A stretch of DNA of 64,000 bases, from contig CAMZEN010000007.1 in NCBI GenBank assembly GCA_947305775.1, forward strand, positions 61-64,060, read 5' to 3'. This document shows, piece by piece, positions 16,760 through 30,300 of this stretch. Both the position numbers and the translations under genes were made by a program. Position 1 is the first letter of the stretch. Each line of letters starts with the position of its first letter. The stretch is from an uncultured Verrucomicrobiota bacterium (GTDB taxonomy: Bacteria; Verrucomicrobiota; Kiritimatiellia; RFP12; UBA1067). The notes beneath the pieces were generated by a model, which was not told the origin of the DNA, made no database searches, and worked only from the letters and a program-made list of their open reading frames with translations.

Positions 16760-18840
16760 AGGAACTTTCCTTTCCTCTTTATGCGATCGATCCTTCGCGC
16801 AGCCTCCGCCGCAGCCGGAACATCGCTTTTCGAAACAAGCTTAAGAACGCTTACGGCCTGCTTGTCTCTGCCGCGGCTTTCGTATTCCTCGGCCAGGCGG
16901 AACGCGGCGCGGGCGAAGTCCGCCTTGGCGGTGTCGTCATATCTGAACCCGTTCTTGCGTCCGGCGCGGTAAGCGATCACAACCTGCGTATAGTACTGGT
17001 CTATGGCCTCGTCGAGACGCTTCAGGCGTTCAAGGGTTTTGCCGATCTTGAACGAAATCGACAGTCGCTCGGTCGGGGTGAGATTCTCGCCAAGAACGAC
17101 GGTCCTGTAAGCTTCCAAGGCGGCCACGTACCTTTCGGTGTTGTCCGCGCCCATGGCGAATAGCGCATCCGCCCTCAATATCTGGGCGCGAAGGCGATCC
17201 GCCGCCGTCACACCGGGCACAAGCGCAACCCGCTCAAGCACCAGAATCGCCTCGCCAAAGCGTGCGAGCTCGATAAGGGCCTCGCCCTGCACGAGAAAAC
17301 CCTGCGCCTTGGCCTCGGAATCCGGATACTTCGCCGCAAGCGTGCCGACCGTAGACACAGCCCGCTGATAGTCGCTTTCGGCGAACGCGGCGCGTGCAGC
17401 CCACACAAGCGCAACCGGCGCATATGCGGCCTCGGGCTCAAGCGCGGCATAGTCGGCAAACAGCACGGACGCATCATGCCATCTCGACTTGTTGTATGCA
17501 AACTTCGCAAGCCAGAGCGTCGCTTCGGCGCGCAACGACAGCGGAACCGAAATGTCGTTGGCGAGAATCTTGGCGTGGCGTTCCGCCTCATCGTCGCGTC
17601 CCTGTCCGTAAAGGCAAAGCACCACATAGTAGTCCATCCTCGGCCGTCTTGCGGAATCTTCTGCAGCGATCTTCTCGAACTTGCGCTGCGCATCGGCAAA
17701 CTTGTACTCGCTGTAGAGGGTGCGACCTTCATCCTCAAGCTCTTGCATCTTCAGGAGTCCGGCGAGCTTTTTGGCCGCCTCAGTGTCGGGATAGTCGCGC
17801 CGGACGGCGCGGTAGCGCTCCATAGCCTCGGCGCCGCGCCCAAGCGACGCAAGCGAGTCGCCGGCCTTGACGAGCGCAGTTGCCCTGACGGCCCTGTTCG
17901 TAGTCAGTTCAGCGGCACGGTCGAAAGCGACAAGCGCCTCCTCGTTTCGGCCAAGCTTCGACAACGCCCAGCCGCGTCCTTCCTGGAACGACGCATCCTT
18001 GGCGATATCGGGCCACGTCTCCAGCGCTTCGGCGAAAGTCCGGGCCGCCTCCGTCCATTCACCACGATCCAGGCGCGACTCGGCAAGCGCAATGAACACA
18101 TCGCGAGCGCCATCGGCGTCGGGAGAATCCATTACAAGCTTGCTTACCATTTTCGCGCCTTCGTCGAATGTAGTAGGATCCTTCAGCATCGCCACGCCAA
18201 GATGAAAACCGCACAACCGCTTGAGGTCTGGATCGCTCAGCTTTACGTACACCTCCATGAGCGCCCCGATGTCGCCAAGCCTGACCGCCGCCGCAACCCG
18301 CATCTGCTCGGATGCGCCGCTTCGAGCGACCCGGCCCCATATCTCCTCCGCACCTTTGTCGTTCGACATTGCAGAAAGCGCCTCGGCACGCAGCATGTCG
18401 GTCTCTACATCATTACCGCCTTCGGCATCAAGTATCTTAATGGCCCCTTCCGCGTCCCCGCCCGACAATGCCATCTCCGCCCGGAGCCGTGCAGATGTAT
18501 GGATGTTCGCCGCGTTGGAGAACTTGGTCTCGGCGAGGATCTTGGACGCCTCGTCGCGTGCGCCAAGACGCACCAGCGCGGAGGCGCGATAGCACAGGAA
18601 CTCTTCTCCGGTCGGATTGCCAAAGCCCTCAAGAGCCTTCATTACATCGGGCCATCTGCCCTCTCTTGCGAAGCTTTCCAACACGATGAGCTTCGCCTCG
18701 TCGCTGTCGTCTTCCTGCGCATGAGCCCTGGCGACACTCCAAAGTCCGTCGCGCAACGCCTCGCGGGCGACATCAAGACCGTCCGCAAACGCCGCGAACG
18801 CCACGCCCAAGGCAAGCAAAGCTGGAAGAGCGGCCTTCAC
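16756..18840 (-). CDS. tetratricopeptide-repeat protein (secreted)
   Basis: Signal peptide MKAALPALLALGVAFAAFA. Ala/Leu/Glu-rich TPR-like repeats run through all 694 aa. Co-oriented and overlapping with exbB. Confidence 0.6.
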   Translation of the reverse strand: MKAALPALLALGVAFAAFADGLDVAREALRDGLWSVARAHAQEDDSDEAKLIVLESFAREGRWPDVMKALEGFGNPTGEEFLCYRASALVRLGARDEASKILAETKFSNAANIHTSARLRAEMALSGGDAEGAIKILDAEGGNDVETDMLRAEALSAMSNDKGAEEIWGRVARSGASEQMRVAAAVRLGDIGALMEVYVKLSDPDLKRLCGFHLGVAMLKDPTTFDEGAKMVSKLVMDSPDADGARDVFIALAESRLDRGEWTEAARTFAEALETWPDIAKDASFQEGRGWALSKLGRNEEALVAFDRAAELTTNRAVRATALVKAGDSLASLGRGAEAMERYRAVRRDYPDTEAAKKLAGLLKMQELEDEGRTLYSEYKFADAQRKFEKIAAEDSARRPRMDYYVVLCLYGQGRDDEAERHAKILANDISVPLSLRAEATLWLAKFAYNKSRWHDASVLFADYAALEPEAAYAPVALVWAARAAFAESDYQRAVSTVGTLAAKYPDSEAKAQGFLVQGEALIELARFGEAILVLERVALVPGVTAADRLRAQILRADALFAMGADNTERYVAALEAYRTVVLGENLTPTERLSISFKIGKTLERLKRLDEAIDQYYTQVVIAYRAGRKNGFRYDDTAKADFARAAFRLAEEYESRGRDKQAVSVLKLVSKSDVPAAAEAARRIDRIKRKGKFL

Positions 18841-19752
18841 CTATATCACAGCCCCCATGTAGCCCATCTCTTCGAGTATCTTCGGGTTCTTCATCCAGTT
18901 AGGCTCGACCTTCACCCAAAGCTCAAGCGAAACCTTGACGCCGAAGACTTCAGAAAGCTCCTTCTCCGCCGCCTTGCGCGCACCCTTGATGGTCTGGGCC
19001 GACCGCCCGATGACAATAGGTTTCTGCGAAGGACGATTGACAAGCACGTCAACCGCGACGGCCCAGCGCCCGTTGCCTTCGGCTATTTCCTTGACCCTAA
19101 CGCCAAGCTCGTGCGGCAGCTCCTGATGGAGTTTTGAAAGGAACTTCTCGCGCACGGTGTCGGCTATCGCGAGCTTGCGCGGATAGTCAGTTACGACATC
19201 CTCCGGGAAAAGAGGCTCTCCCTCTTGAGCAAAGTCGAACAACGCATCCATCACGCCTTTCGCGCCGTCGTCGGTCAGGGCGCAGCAATCGACCCACACC
19301 GGCTTCACAGGAGACGGCTGCGGCGTTGTCGACGCCTCTTTCCAAGCTTCGCGGAACATGGATGAGAAGAATGGTTTCGCGTCACATTTGTTCAAGACGA
19401 ACACCACCCTGTCCGGGGCCTCCTTGGCCACGCGCTGCATCCACCCGACATCCTCAAGCTGAGGTTCCTGCGAGGCGTCAAACACGACGCATGTTATGTC
19501 GGTGCCGGCGGCGCTCCTCCTGGCCATGCGGTTAAGCAGCGTCCCAAGGGTGCCGACCGCCTTGTGCAGACCAGGAGTGTCCAGAAGGACGAGCTGCCCG
19601 CGCGGATCGGCCACTATGCCGCGCACCGTGTTGCGCGTCGTCTGCTCGACCGGCGAGACGATCGACACCTTCTCGCCGACAAGCCTGTTGACGAGAGTCG
19701 ATTTGCCCGCGTTAGTGCGGCCGACAACACCTACTATGGCAACCTTTGACAT
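18841..19752 (-). CDS. era: GTPase Era
   Basis: G1 motif GRTNAGKST, DTPG, NKCD and a C-terminal KH domain (…ELWVKVEPNWMKNPKILEEMGY). Confidence 0.85.
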   Translation of the reverse strand: MSKVAIVGVVGRTNAGKSTLVNRLVGEKVSIVSPVEQTTRNTVRGIVADPRGQLVLLDTPGLHKAVGTLGTLLNRMARRSAAGTDITCVVFDASQEPQLEDVGWMQRVAKEAPDRVVFVLNKCDAKPFFSSMFREAWKEASTTPQPSPVKPVWVDCCALTDDGAKGVMDALFDFAQEGEPLFPEDVVTDYPRKLAIADTVREKFLSKLHQELPHELGVRVKEIAEGNGRWAVAVDVLVNRPSQKPIVIGRSAQTIKGARKAAEKELSEVFGVKVSLELWVKVEPNWMKNPKILEEMGYMGAVI

Positions 19753-19756
19753 GCGC

Positions 19757-21433
19757 TCAAGGCACCGGGAAATCGGCCACCAACGCCCTGGCCGCGCTCT
19801 TTACGCGCTCCTGGACGGCAGTGTCGCCTATATTGTCCAGCACGTCGGCGATCCAGGTTCCGATCTTGATCATCTCGGCCTCCTTCATGCCGCGAGTCGT
19901 GACGGACGCTGTGCCTACACGAATGCCGGAAGTCTTGAAAGGCGACTCCGTATCATACGGAATGGTGTTCTTGTTGACGACTATGCCAGCCGCGTCCAGC
20001 GCTGCCGCGGCGTCCTTGCCGGTCATGCCGTGCGAATGGACGTCAACGAGGAAGAGATGGTTGTCCGTGCCGCCGGAAACGATGCGGTAGCCGCGATCCT
20101 GGATCGTCTTGCAGAGCACCTGGCAGTTCTTCACGATCTGCGCGGCATAGGCCTTGAACTCCGGCTGCATCGCCTCGCGGAAGCACACGGCCTTGGCCGC
20201 GATGACGTTTTCGAGCGGACCGCCCTGCATGCCCGGGAACACGGCGCTGTCGAGCGCCTTGGCATACTTCTCCTTGCAGAGCACAAGTCCGCCGCGAGGT
20301 CCGCGCAGAGTCTTGTGGGTCGTCGTCGTGACGAAGTCGGCATATGGCACTGGCGACTCGTGCTGCCCGCCGGCGACGAGACCGGCGATGTGGGCCATGT
20401 CAACCATCATTATGCAACCGACCTTGTCGCAGATCTCACGGATGCGCTTGAAGTCGATCTTGCGCGGATACGCGCTGGCGCCAGCAAGCAGTATCTTCGG
20501 CTTAACCTCGAGGGCCTGCCTCTCGAGCGCATCGTAATCGAGCGTCTCGGTCGTCTTGTCCACAGTGTACGGAACTATGTTGTACAGCTTGCCGGAGAAG
20601 TTCACAGGCGAACCGTGGGAGAGGTGTCCACCCTGATCCAGCGACATCGAAAGTATCGTGTCGCCCGGCTTGATCGTCGCGAAGTATACCGCCATGTTCG
20701 CAGAGCTGCCGCAATGAGGCTGGACGTTCGCGTGTTCTGCGCCGAAAAGCTCGCATGCGCGCTTGCGGGCCAGCTCCTCGACCGCGTCGACCGGCACACA
20801 GCCGGAATACCAGCGCTTCCCCGGATAGCCTTCGGCATACTTGTTGGTGAGAACGCTGCCTGTTGCCTCGCGGCACGCCCTGCTGCAGAAGTTCTCGGAC
20901 GCTATGAGGTTGATTTCGGTGTCTTCCTGCTCTGTCTGCGCCTTGATCGCGGCGAACACGTCGGGATCGTCGCGCATAAGGCCAGAAACGTCGCTCAGAC
21001 GGCATGCGCGTTCAAGCTTGATGCGACGGCGCACATGGCGCTCGCTTTCGTCGACGGGCGTGGATATGAACGTCTTCGCTATTTCAACAGCATATTCGGG
21101 CGAAACGAAGTCCGCACCAAGGCAAAGCACATTGGCGCCATTGTGCTGACGGGTCACCGTAGCCGTCTCCGTAGTGGGGCAAATGGCCGCGCGCACGTTC
21201 TGGAAACGGTTTGCGCACATGCCCATGCCAATTCCGCTACGGCATATCAGAATGCCGAAATCGGCTTCACCTGCAGATACAGACGTCGCAACGAGTGCTG
21301 CATAATCAGGGTAATCGCAGCTGGCACGGTCGGCAGGGCCTTTGTCGACAACCGTCGCAACAGGTGAAAGCGCTTTCACCAAAAGGGCCTTAAGGTCAAC
21401 TCCGCCGTGATCGGAGGCTATGACAATCTTCAT
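19757..21433 (-). CDS. predicted fusion: ribose-5-phosphate isomerase B (N-terminal) and serine hydroxymethyltransferase (C-terminal)
   Basis: Residues 1-~150 match RpiB/LacAB ([11 protein letters not shown]…ICRSGIGM…VLCLGADFV…). The rest matches SHMT (…INLIASENF…[17 protein letters not shown]…[13 protein letters not shown]…). The ORF is continuous, with no stop between the domains. Confidence 0.75.
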   Translation of the reverse strand: MKIVIASDHGGVDLKALLVKALSPVATVVDKGPADRASCDYPDYAALVATSVSAGEADFGILICRSGIGMGMCANRFQNVRAAICPTTETATVTRQHNGANVLCLGADFVSPEYAVEIAKTFISTPVDESERHVRRRIKLERACRLSDVSGLMRDDPDVFAAIKAQTEQEDTEINLIASENFCSRACREATGSVLTNKYAEGYPGKRWYSGCVPVDAVEELARKRACELFGAEHANVQPHCGSSANMAVYFATIKPGDTILSMSLDQGGHLSHGSPVNFSGKLYNIVPYTVDKTTETLDYDALERQALEVKPKILLAGASAYPRKIDFKRIREICDKVGCIMMVDMAHIAGLVAGGQHESPVPYADFVTTTTHKTLRGPRGGLVLCKEKYAKALDSAVFPGMQGGPLENVIAAKAVCFREAMQPEFKAYAAQIVKNCQVLCKTIQDRGYRIVSGGTDNHLFLVDVHSHGMTGKDAAAALDAAGIVVNKNTIPYDTESPFKTSGIRVGTASVTTRGMKEAEMIKIGTWIADVLDNIGDTAVQERVKSAARALVADFPVP

Positions 21434-21472
21434 TTTCGATGTTTCTCCATTTCTAATTTCGCGATTTGGGAA

Positions 21473-22141
21473 TTATATTATACCAAAATTCCGTGCCTTA
21501 AGACACGTCTCCAACACGGCCGCGTCAATTGCGGACGGCACCTCTACGGGAAGAGCGTGCTCGGACCCCGCCACCATCGTTACGCACGAGTCCGGGAACA
21601 CGCTTTTCAGGAAATTGGCGTTGTCGGCGCGAACGATTCCGTCGTGCTCGCTCTGGAATATCCATACAGGACACCGCAACCGTCCGCTTGAGGCCAGATC
21701 GAGAAGCGGCTGCCTAAGATCGGTCGCCTTCAGGTATTCAAGCCCGCGCTTAAGGTTTTCATCGCTATCCATCATGTATGGATTCGGCTTGCCTTCCTGA
21801 ACCCCGAAGAACCCCTCAGCCTTTGTCATCTTTAGGCCCAGCTCAAGCGCGGCCAGGCGACGCTCGGTCATTCCGGGCCAGCATTCATCCTTCATCATGC
21901 GGGGCGTAGCGGCCACAAGAACGAGTCCCCTGACCTTCTCCGGGAACTCTATCGCCAGCCTAAGCGCACCACTGCCGCCCATCGACCAACCCACGAGCAC
22001 TGCGCCATCGACTTCGCGCATAGCCTTCTCGGGTTCGCCTGCAAGCTGCTCCATGTAGCTGAATATCCTGTCGCGCGGAAACTTGCACAGATCCCACGCC
22101 CTTTCGCTGGCCGCCCAGCCGTTGAGCACGAACGTCTTCAT
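21473..22141 (-). CDS. alpha/beta-fold hydrolase
   Basis: GWSMGG nucleophile-elbow motif. About 220 aa. Overlaps coaB by 4 bp. Confidence 0.6.
   Translation of the reverse strand: MKTFVLNGWAASERAWDLCKFPRDRIFSYMEQLAGEPEKAMREVDGAVLVGWSMGGSGALRLAIEFPEKVRGLVLVAATPRMMKDECWPGMTERRLAALELGLKMTKAEGFFGVQEGKPNPYMMDSDENLKRGLEYLKATDLRQPLLDLASSGRLRCPVWIFQSEHDGIVRADNANFLKSVFPDSCVTMVAGSEHALPVEVPSAIDAAVLETCLKARNFGII
21477..21485 (-). promoter_or_regulatory. extended -10 box TGGTATAAT upstream of rpiB-glyA
   Basis: The reverse complement of AATTATATTATACCAAAAT gives TTTGGTATAATATAATT, ~45 nt upstream of the start codon at 21433. Confidence 0.4.
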
Positions 22142-22755
22142 GCAAGACCCTCGGCGAAACGCACGATTCGCCGCGCTACGGCAAGCTTCGACATCATCGG
22201 AAGCCTCTCGACGGAGCCGTCCTTTCTAAGGAATGCAACGCGGTTTGTATCCGCACCGAACCCGGCCCCCCTCTCGGTTACGTCGTTCGCGACTATCATA
22301 TCAAGGCCCTTCTCGCGGCACTTCCGCGCGGCCTCAACCATGACATCGTTCGTTTCCGCCGCAAAACCTATCTTATGCCGGCAACGGACGCTCTTCAGGA
22401 TATCGGGATTCCTTACCAGCTTGAGAGTGCCATCCATCTCGCGCTTCTTGAGCTTCTTCGCCGCGCATTCCGCAGGGCGCCAGTCGGCCACCGCAGCAGT
22501 CGCAATGAACACATCGTCCCCGTCAAGCTCGCGCTCCACGACCGCCAGCATCTCCCTGGCGCTAGTTACATCGATCCTTCTGACGCCCTTGGGCGTCCTT
22601 AGCGCAACAGGTCCGGCGACCAGCACCACGTCGCGCCCGAGCTCAGCGGCTGCACGCGCGACGGCGAAACCCATCTTACCGGTCGAAGGGTTCGACAGGA
22701 AGCGCACCGGGTCGATGTGCTCCCTGGTCGGTCCGGCTGTCACAACATACTTCAT
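22138..22755 (-). CDS. coaB: phosphopantothenate--cysteine ligase (CoaB domain)
   Basis: VTAGPTREHIDPVRFLSNPSTGKMG is the DFP/CoaB nucleotide-binding signature. A standalone 205-aa protein. Confidence 0.75.
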   Translation of the reverse strand: MKYVVTAGPTREHIDPVRFLSNPSTGKMGFAVARAAAELGRDVVLVAGPVALRTPKGVRRIDVTSAREMLAVVERELDGDDVFIATAAVADWRPAECAAKKLKKREMDGTLKLVRNPDILKSVRCRHKIGFAAETNDVMVEAARKCREKGLDMIVANDVTERGAGFGADTNRVAFLRKDGSVERLPMMSKLAVARRIVRFAEGLA

Positions 22756-22762
22756 TGCGCCT

Positions 22763-26638
<3,876 letters not shown>

Positions 26639-26666
26639 GTGATAACTCCCTTCGAGATTGTGCTTT

Positions 26667-26675
26667 ATTATACCA
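26667..26675 (-). promoter_or_regulatory. extended -10 box TGGTATAAT upstream of purL
   Basis: The reverse complement of TTATTATACCAAAT gives ATTTGGTATAATAA, followed by the GAAGGGAG RBS before the ATG. Confidence 0.4.
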
Positions 26676-26989
26676 AATCCCGCCGCCCTGCGTTTCAAGT
26701 CAGACACAGAAATTGTAATTTGGAAAGCGCAATATCTAATCGAACACTTTTCTATGATGAAGTGCCGAAGTGGAAAAGGCGTAAGCCCACGAACCGGATG
26801 GGGATGAGAGCGAAAAGGCGCGTAACCAGCATGGCACCTAAACGCCGCCATTTACCCGTCCAGGAAAGCCTTTCCTTGGCGGGCCGTTCTTATCGGCACA
26901 ATGCCGTGAGAATAGTTGCATAGTCTACCCTACCATATCCTAATTATTCAAGCGCCGTCATGAATTGCTTCAATGAAGAACTATCGAAA

Positions 26990-27240
26990 GGGCAGGGAGA
27001 GCGGGCGAGACGCCCGCTCTCCCAAGGTAGGGGTCCGCTCTCCCAAGTAAGAGTGCATGCACTCCCAAGGCATTTATAGGCCAAATAGCACCTGTTGTGC
27101 CGCTGGTGCGCACCTCTTGATGCTCTGGTGCGCACCAGAAGTTACAAAGTACTAGTATTTTTGATCAAAAGTACTAGTACTTTTGCGCATAAGTACTAGT
27201 ACATTTGCACAAAAGTACTAGTACTTTGTAACATTTCCCC
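26990..27240. repeat. palindrome/repeat array in the purL upstream intergenic region
   Basis: Hairpin GAGAGCGGGCGagaCGCCCGCTCTC. Three copies of CTCCCAAG. Two copies of the palindrome CTGGTGCGCACC. Four direct copies of AAGTACTAGTAC(A/T)TTT at ~20-bp spacing (27150-27240). Confidence 0.6.
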
Positions 27241-27355
27241 CGCAGTGAAGGAACGCATGTCCTTGCATATCAAGCAAGGGCCTCATATTTGCGGACTTAC
27301 ATCCTAGTAAGATGCTCTGGCGGCAATGCTACAAGGACTGTACGAATTGTGACGA

Positions 27356-30300
27356 TTACTTGTCGCAACGCATCTTATCTGCGGACGAATGGGCGGTAAA
27401 CTCAGGCGCGTACATGCACTGGATCGTCGCAACCCCGCCCGAGAATTCGCCTTTATGCTGCACCCTGAACGAGGTTTCCAACACAAACGTACCCTTGTTT
27501 AGGCGATCAATATAGTAGTGGGTGGCCGTATCACGCGTAGACTGGTAGTAGCCAACGCCATCGCACCAGCGATACGACGACAGCACATCCACCGGCTCCG
27601 CGCATGCCGGTCTCTCATCCGAAATGTGCACAAACTCCAAACTTCTGTCGCTTTCGATCTCGAGCCGCGCCACGATCTCGTCGCCTTGCTCAAGCGCACC
27701 GTCGATGGAGGTCAGGCGCGTTCCTTCGGGGCCAGTCACCTTCTTGTAGTACTTTTTCTCCACGCGAAGTTCCTTGGGCTCATGCGCCCGCACCTTCAGG
27801 ACATCCTCAAAGTACGACCAATGCACGCCTCCCCATGAAACGCCCTTTCCGCCCGAACCCGTAAAGGCGATCTCGCCCATCTCGGGCTTGATGGCGTCCG
27901 CGGCAAAGCGGACGGACCACATTCCCGTGCCGGACTCTACACTCTCGGGCGCGACCTTCTCGCTGCCTAGCTCAACCCCCGCAAGAGAATCTCCCGCAAG
28001 CAGGTCAGTGCCGCCGCCAAGGAGCAGCGCATAGATAGCGTCCGCCGTCGCGGCAGTCGTCGTCCAGTCCTGCGTCTGATTCTGCTTCAGTATCCACACG
28101 TTGCACGCATCCGCCGCTTCTTCGTCACCGGTGACCTCCCGGAACGCTTCTACGATCAGCGCCTGTGTCGAGACCGGGGCGGCAAACACGCTGGACGAAA
28201 ATATCGATGGCCGTTTCCAGTACATGCCTAGTTCTTCAGAAACGATCCCCCGCTCCTTTATGGACGCCATGATTTCAAACGAAAGCTCGTCTTCGCCCAT
28301 CCTCTTAAGCGCAATCGCCGCGAGCGCCTGCGACTCGAGGCCTAGATCCATCCACGACTCCCTTAGATGATCGACGAACAGCTGCGCCAATGTCTTGTCC
28401 TTTGCCGAGGCGACACCAGCGAACGAATGCAGGTAGAGCCAGCGAACGTCGAATCCGTTTATGCGGAAAGGCAGGTTTTCCTTTAAGAGACGCATCTTGA
28501 CGCGGTCCGAAACCTCATAGTCCAACGACTCCAGCGCAGACTCAAAGAAGTCTGGGTGGTCAAGCCCGGTTAGATGCCTTAGCCTCGCAAAGCCTGTAAG
28601 GATGTAGAGCGTAATGCCATCGGATGAAGGTCCGCCAGGAAACCACGGCCAGCGTCCGTCCGCATTGCGCGCAACGCGCAGCTTCTCAATGCATCTGGTT
28701 TGCTCTTCCTTAAGACTATCCTTTCCAAACAGCGCACCCAACCTTGCGCGCGCCGCCTTCTCATGCTCCATGTCGCGAATCCACGGAGTACGTTCGAGCG
28801 CAATCGCCTTAAGGTGCGGGTTTGTCTCTAGCGGACTCTTGAGCGCCTCCGCCCCCGCAGCCTTCCATGCGTCGAATGTAGCCCGTATACGCGGGTCGGA
28901 GTTCGCTATGTAACTGCAAAGCGCATTCGCGTAAAAGCGGCTGAAGGTCTGTTCGCAGCACTCGTGCGGAAACTCCATCAGATAAGGAAGCGACAGAACC
29001 GCATACCATGCAGGATTCGACACGACGCGCACGGTAAGGTCCTGATGGCGGATCGTATCGGAGCCACCGCTCAACACAAGGTTCTCCAGCCTGAACGACT
29101 TCGTCTCACCGCCGCGGGCGTTAAGCTGGACCGCCTCCCGAACGAACATCCGCCGCGCAAGGACCGGAAGTACGCCTTCCTCGCCGTCGGCGAACGACTC
29201 GCCCTTGGCTTTCGCAACATACTTTAAGTACCCGCAACCGTCGGGAATCGCAACCGAGAAACCAAATGTCTTGGATTCGTGTGGCTTGAGCTCGAAGGCC
29301 TGAGAAGGCGGCTGCGGGAACTTGCCGCGACTTGCGGCGGCGGCATCCAGCTCCTCAAGCTGCAAAGAGACCTCGCCCTTCTGCGGAGCGTCTTCGGTGT
29401 TCGTGACCTTGACGGCAAAGATGAAGTCGTCACCCTCGCGGGCAAAGCGCGGCGCATTGGGTTCGCACATGAGCGGCTTCGCCGTCACGATTTCCTCGTT
29501 GCGGTATACTCCGCCATTGAGCGCATTATCGTGCGCGACCATCAGAAACTTCCAGCCCGTAAGTGCATCTGGCGCAGCAAAGGTAAACGACACGTTCCCG
29601 TCCGCGTCGGTCTCGAGATCTGGGAAGAAGAACGCCGTCTCCTGAAGATTCCTTCTGTGCGATTCCATCTCTTGAGGTCCGTCGTCCTCGGACGCGATGG
29701 GTGCGCGCGCGCGCATCTTTTCCATCATAACGCCATTCTCGGCAGAATCAGGCTCTTCACAAACCTCACACTCCATGAGGCAGTCTTCGTCGCCCCCCAT
29801 AAGCGCCCCACCGCAGGCAGCCGTCGCAAAACCTTTTGTCATGCGCCTCGAACGGAGCATCGGGTTGGGTAGCGTACGCCAGAAAGGCCACGTCACGTCG
29901 ACCGCATGATGAAACCCGTTCTTGAACGATCCGCCAATGGACGAGAGCCATACAGTTGAATTCTGGATTATAGGCGATCCGATGTAGCGCGGCCAGAGAG
30001 TGAAGTGCCGCGAAAAGCCAAGCGCTACATCGTGCCACCTGTACTCGTCCAACGAGCGGTCGTACATGAAGGCAAGGACCTCGGCCGGACCCGACACCTT
30101 GAACTTCCAGGTCTCCTCTTTGCCGGGGTAGAGTCTCTTGGTCAGATGTTCGACGGCAATATCAAGGTTCTTGTTGTCCCACGGCACATTTACCGTGCAG
30201 TGGTCGTGGTAGATGCGGTTTTCGCGCACGAATGTGGTCTCCACGCGAATCTCGCCGCGATGTTCATCCCCGACAGGGAGTTCATACAGCCATTTCGGGC

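Noticed and set aside
17476-21367. Long plus-strand ORFs (553 aa and 623 aa) antisense to the TPR, era and rpiB-glyA genes
   Set aside because: They overlap strongly supported minus-strand genes (Era G-motifs, SHMT motifs). No recognisable domains.
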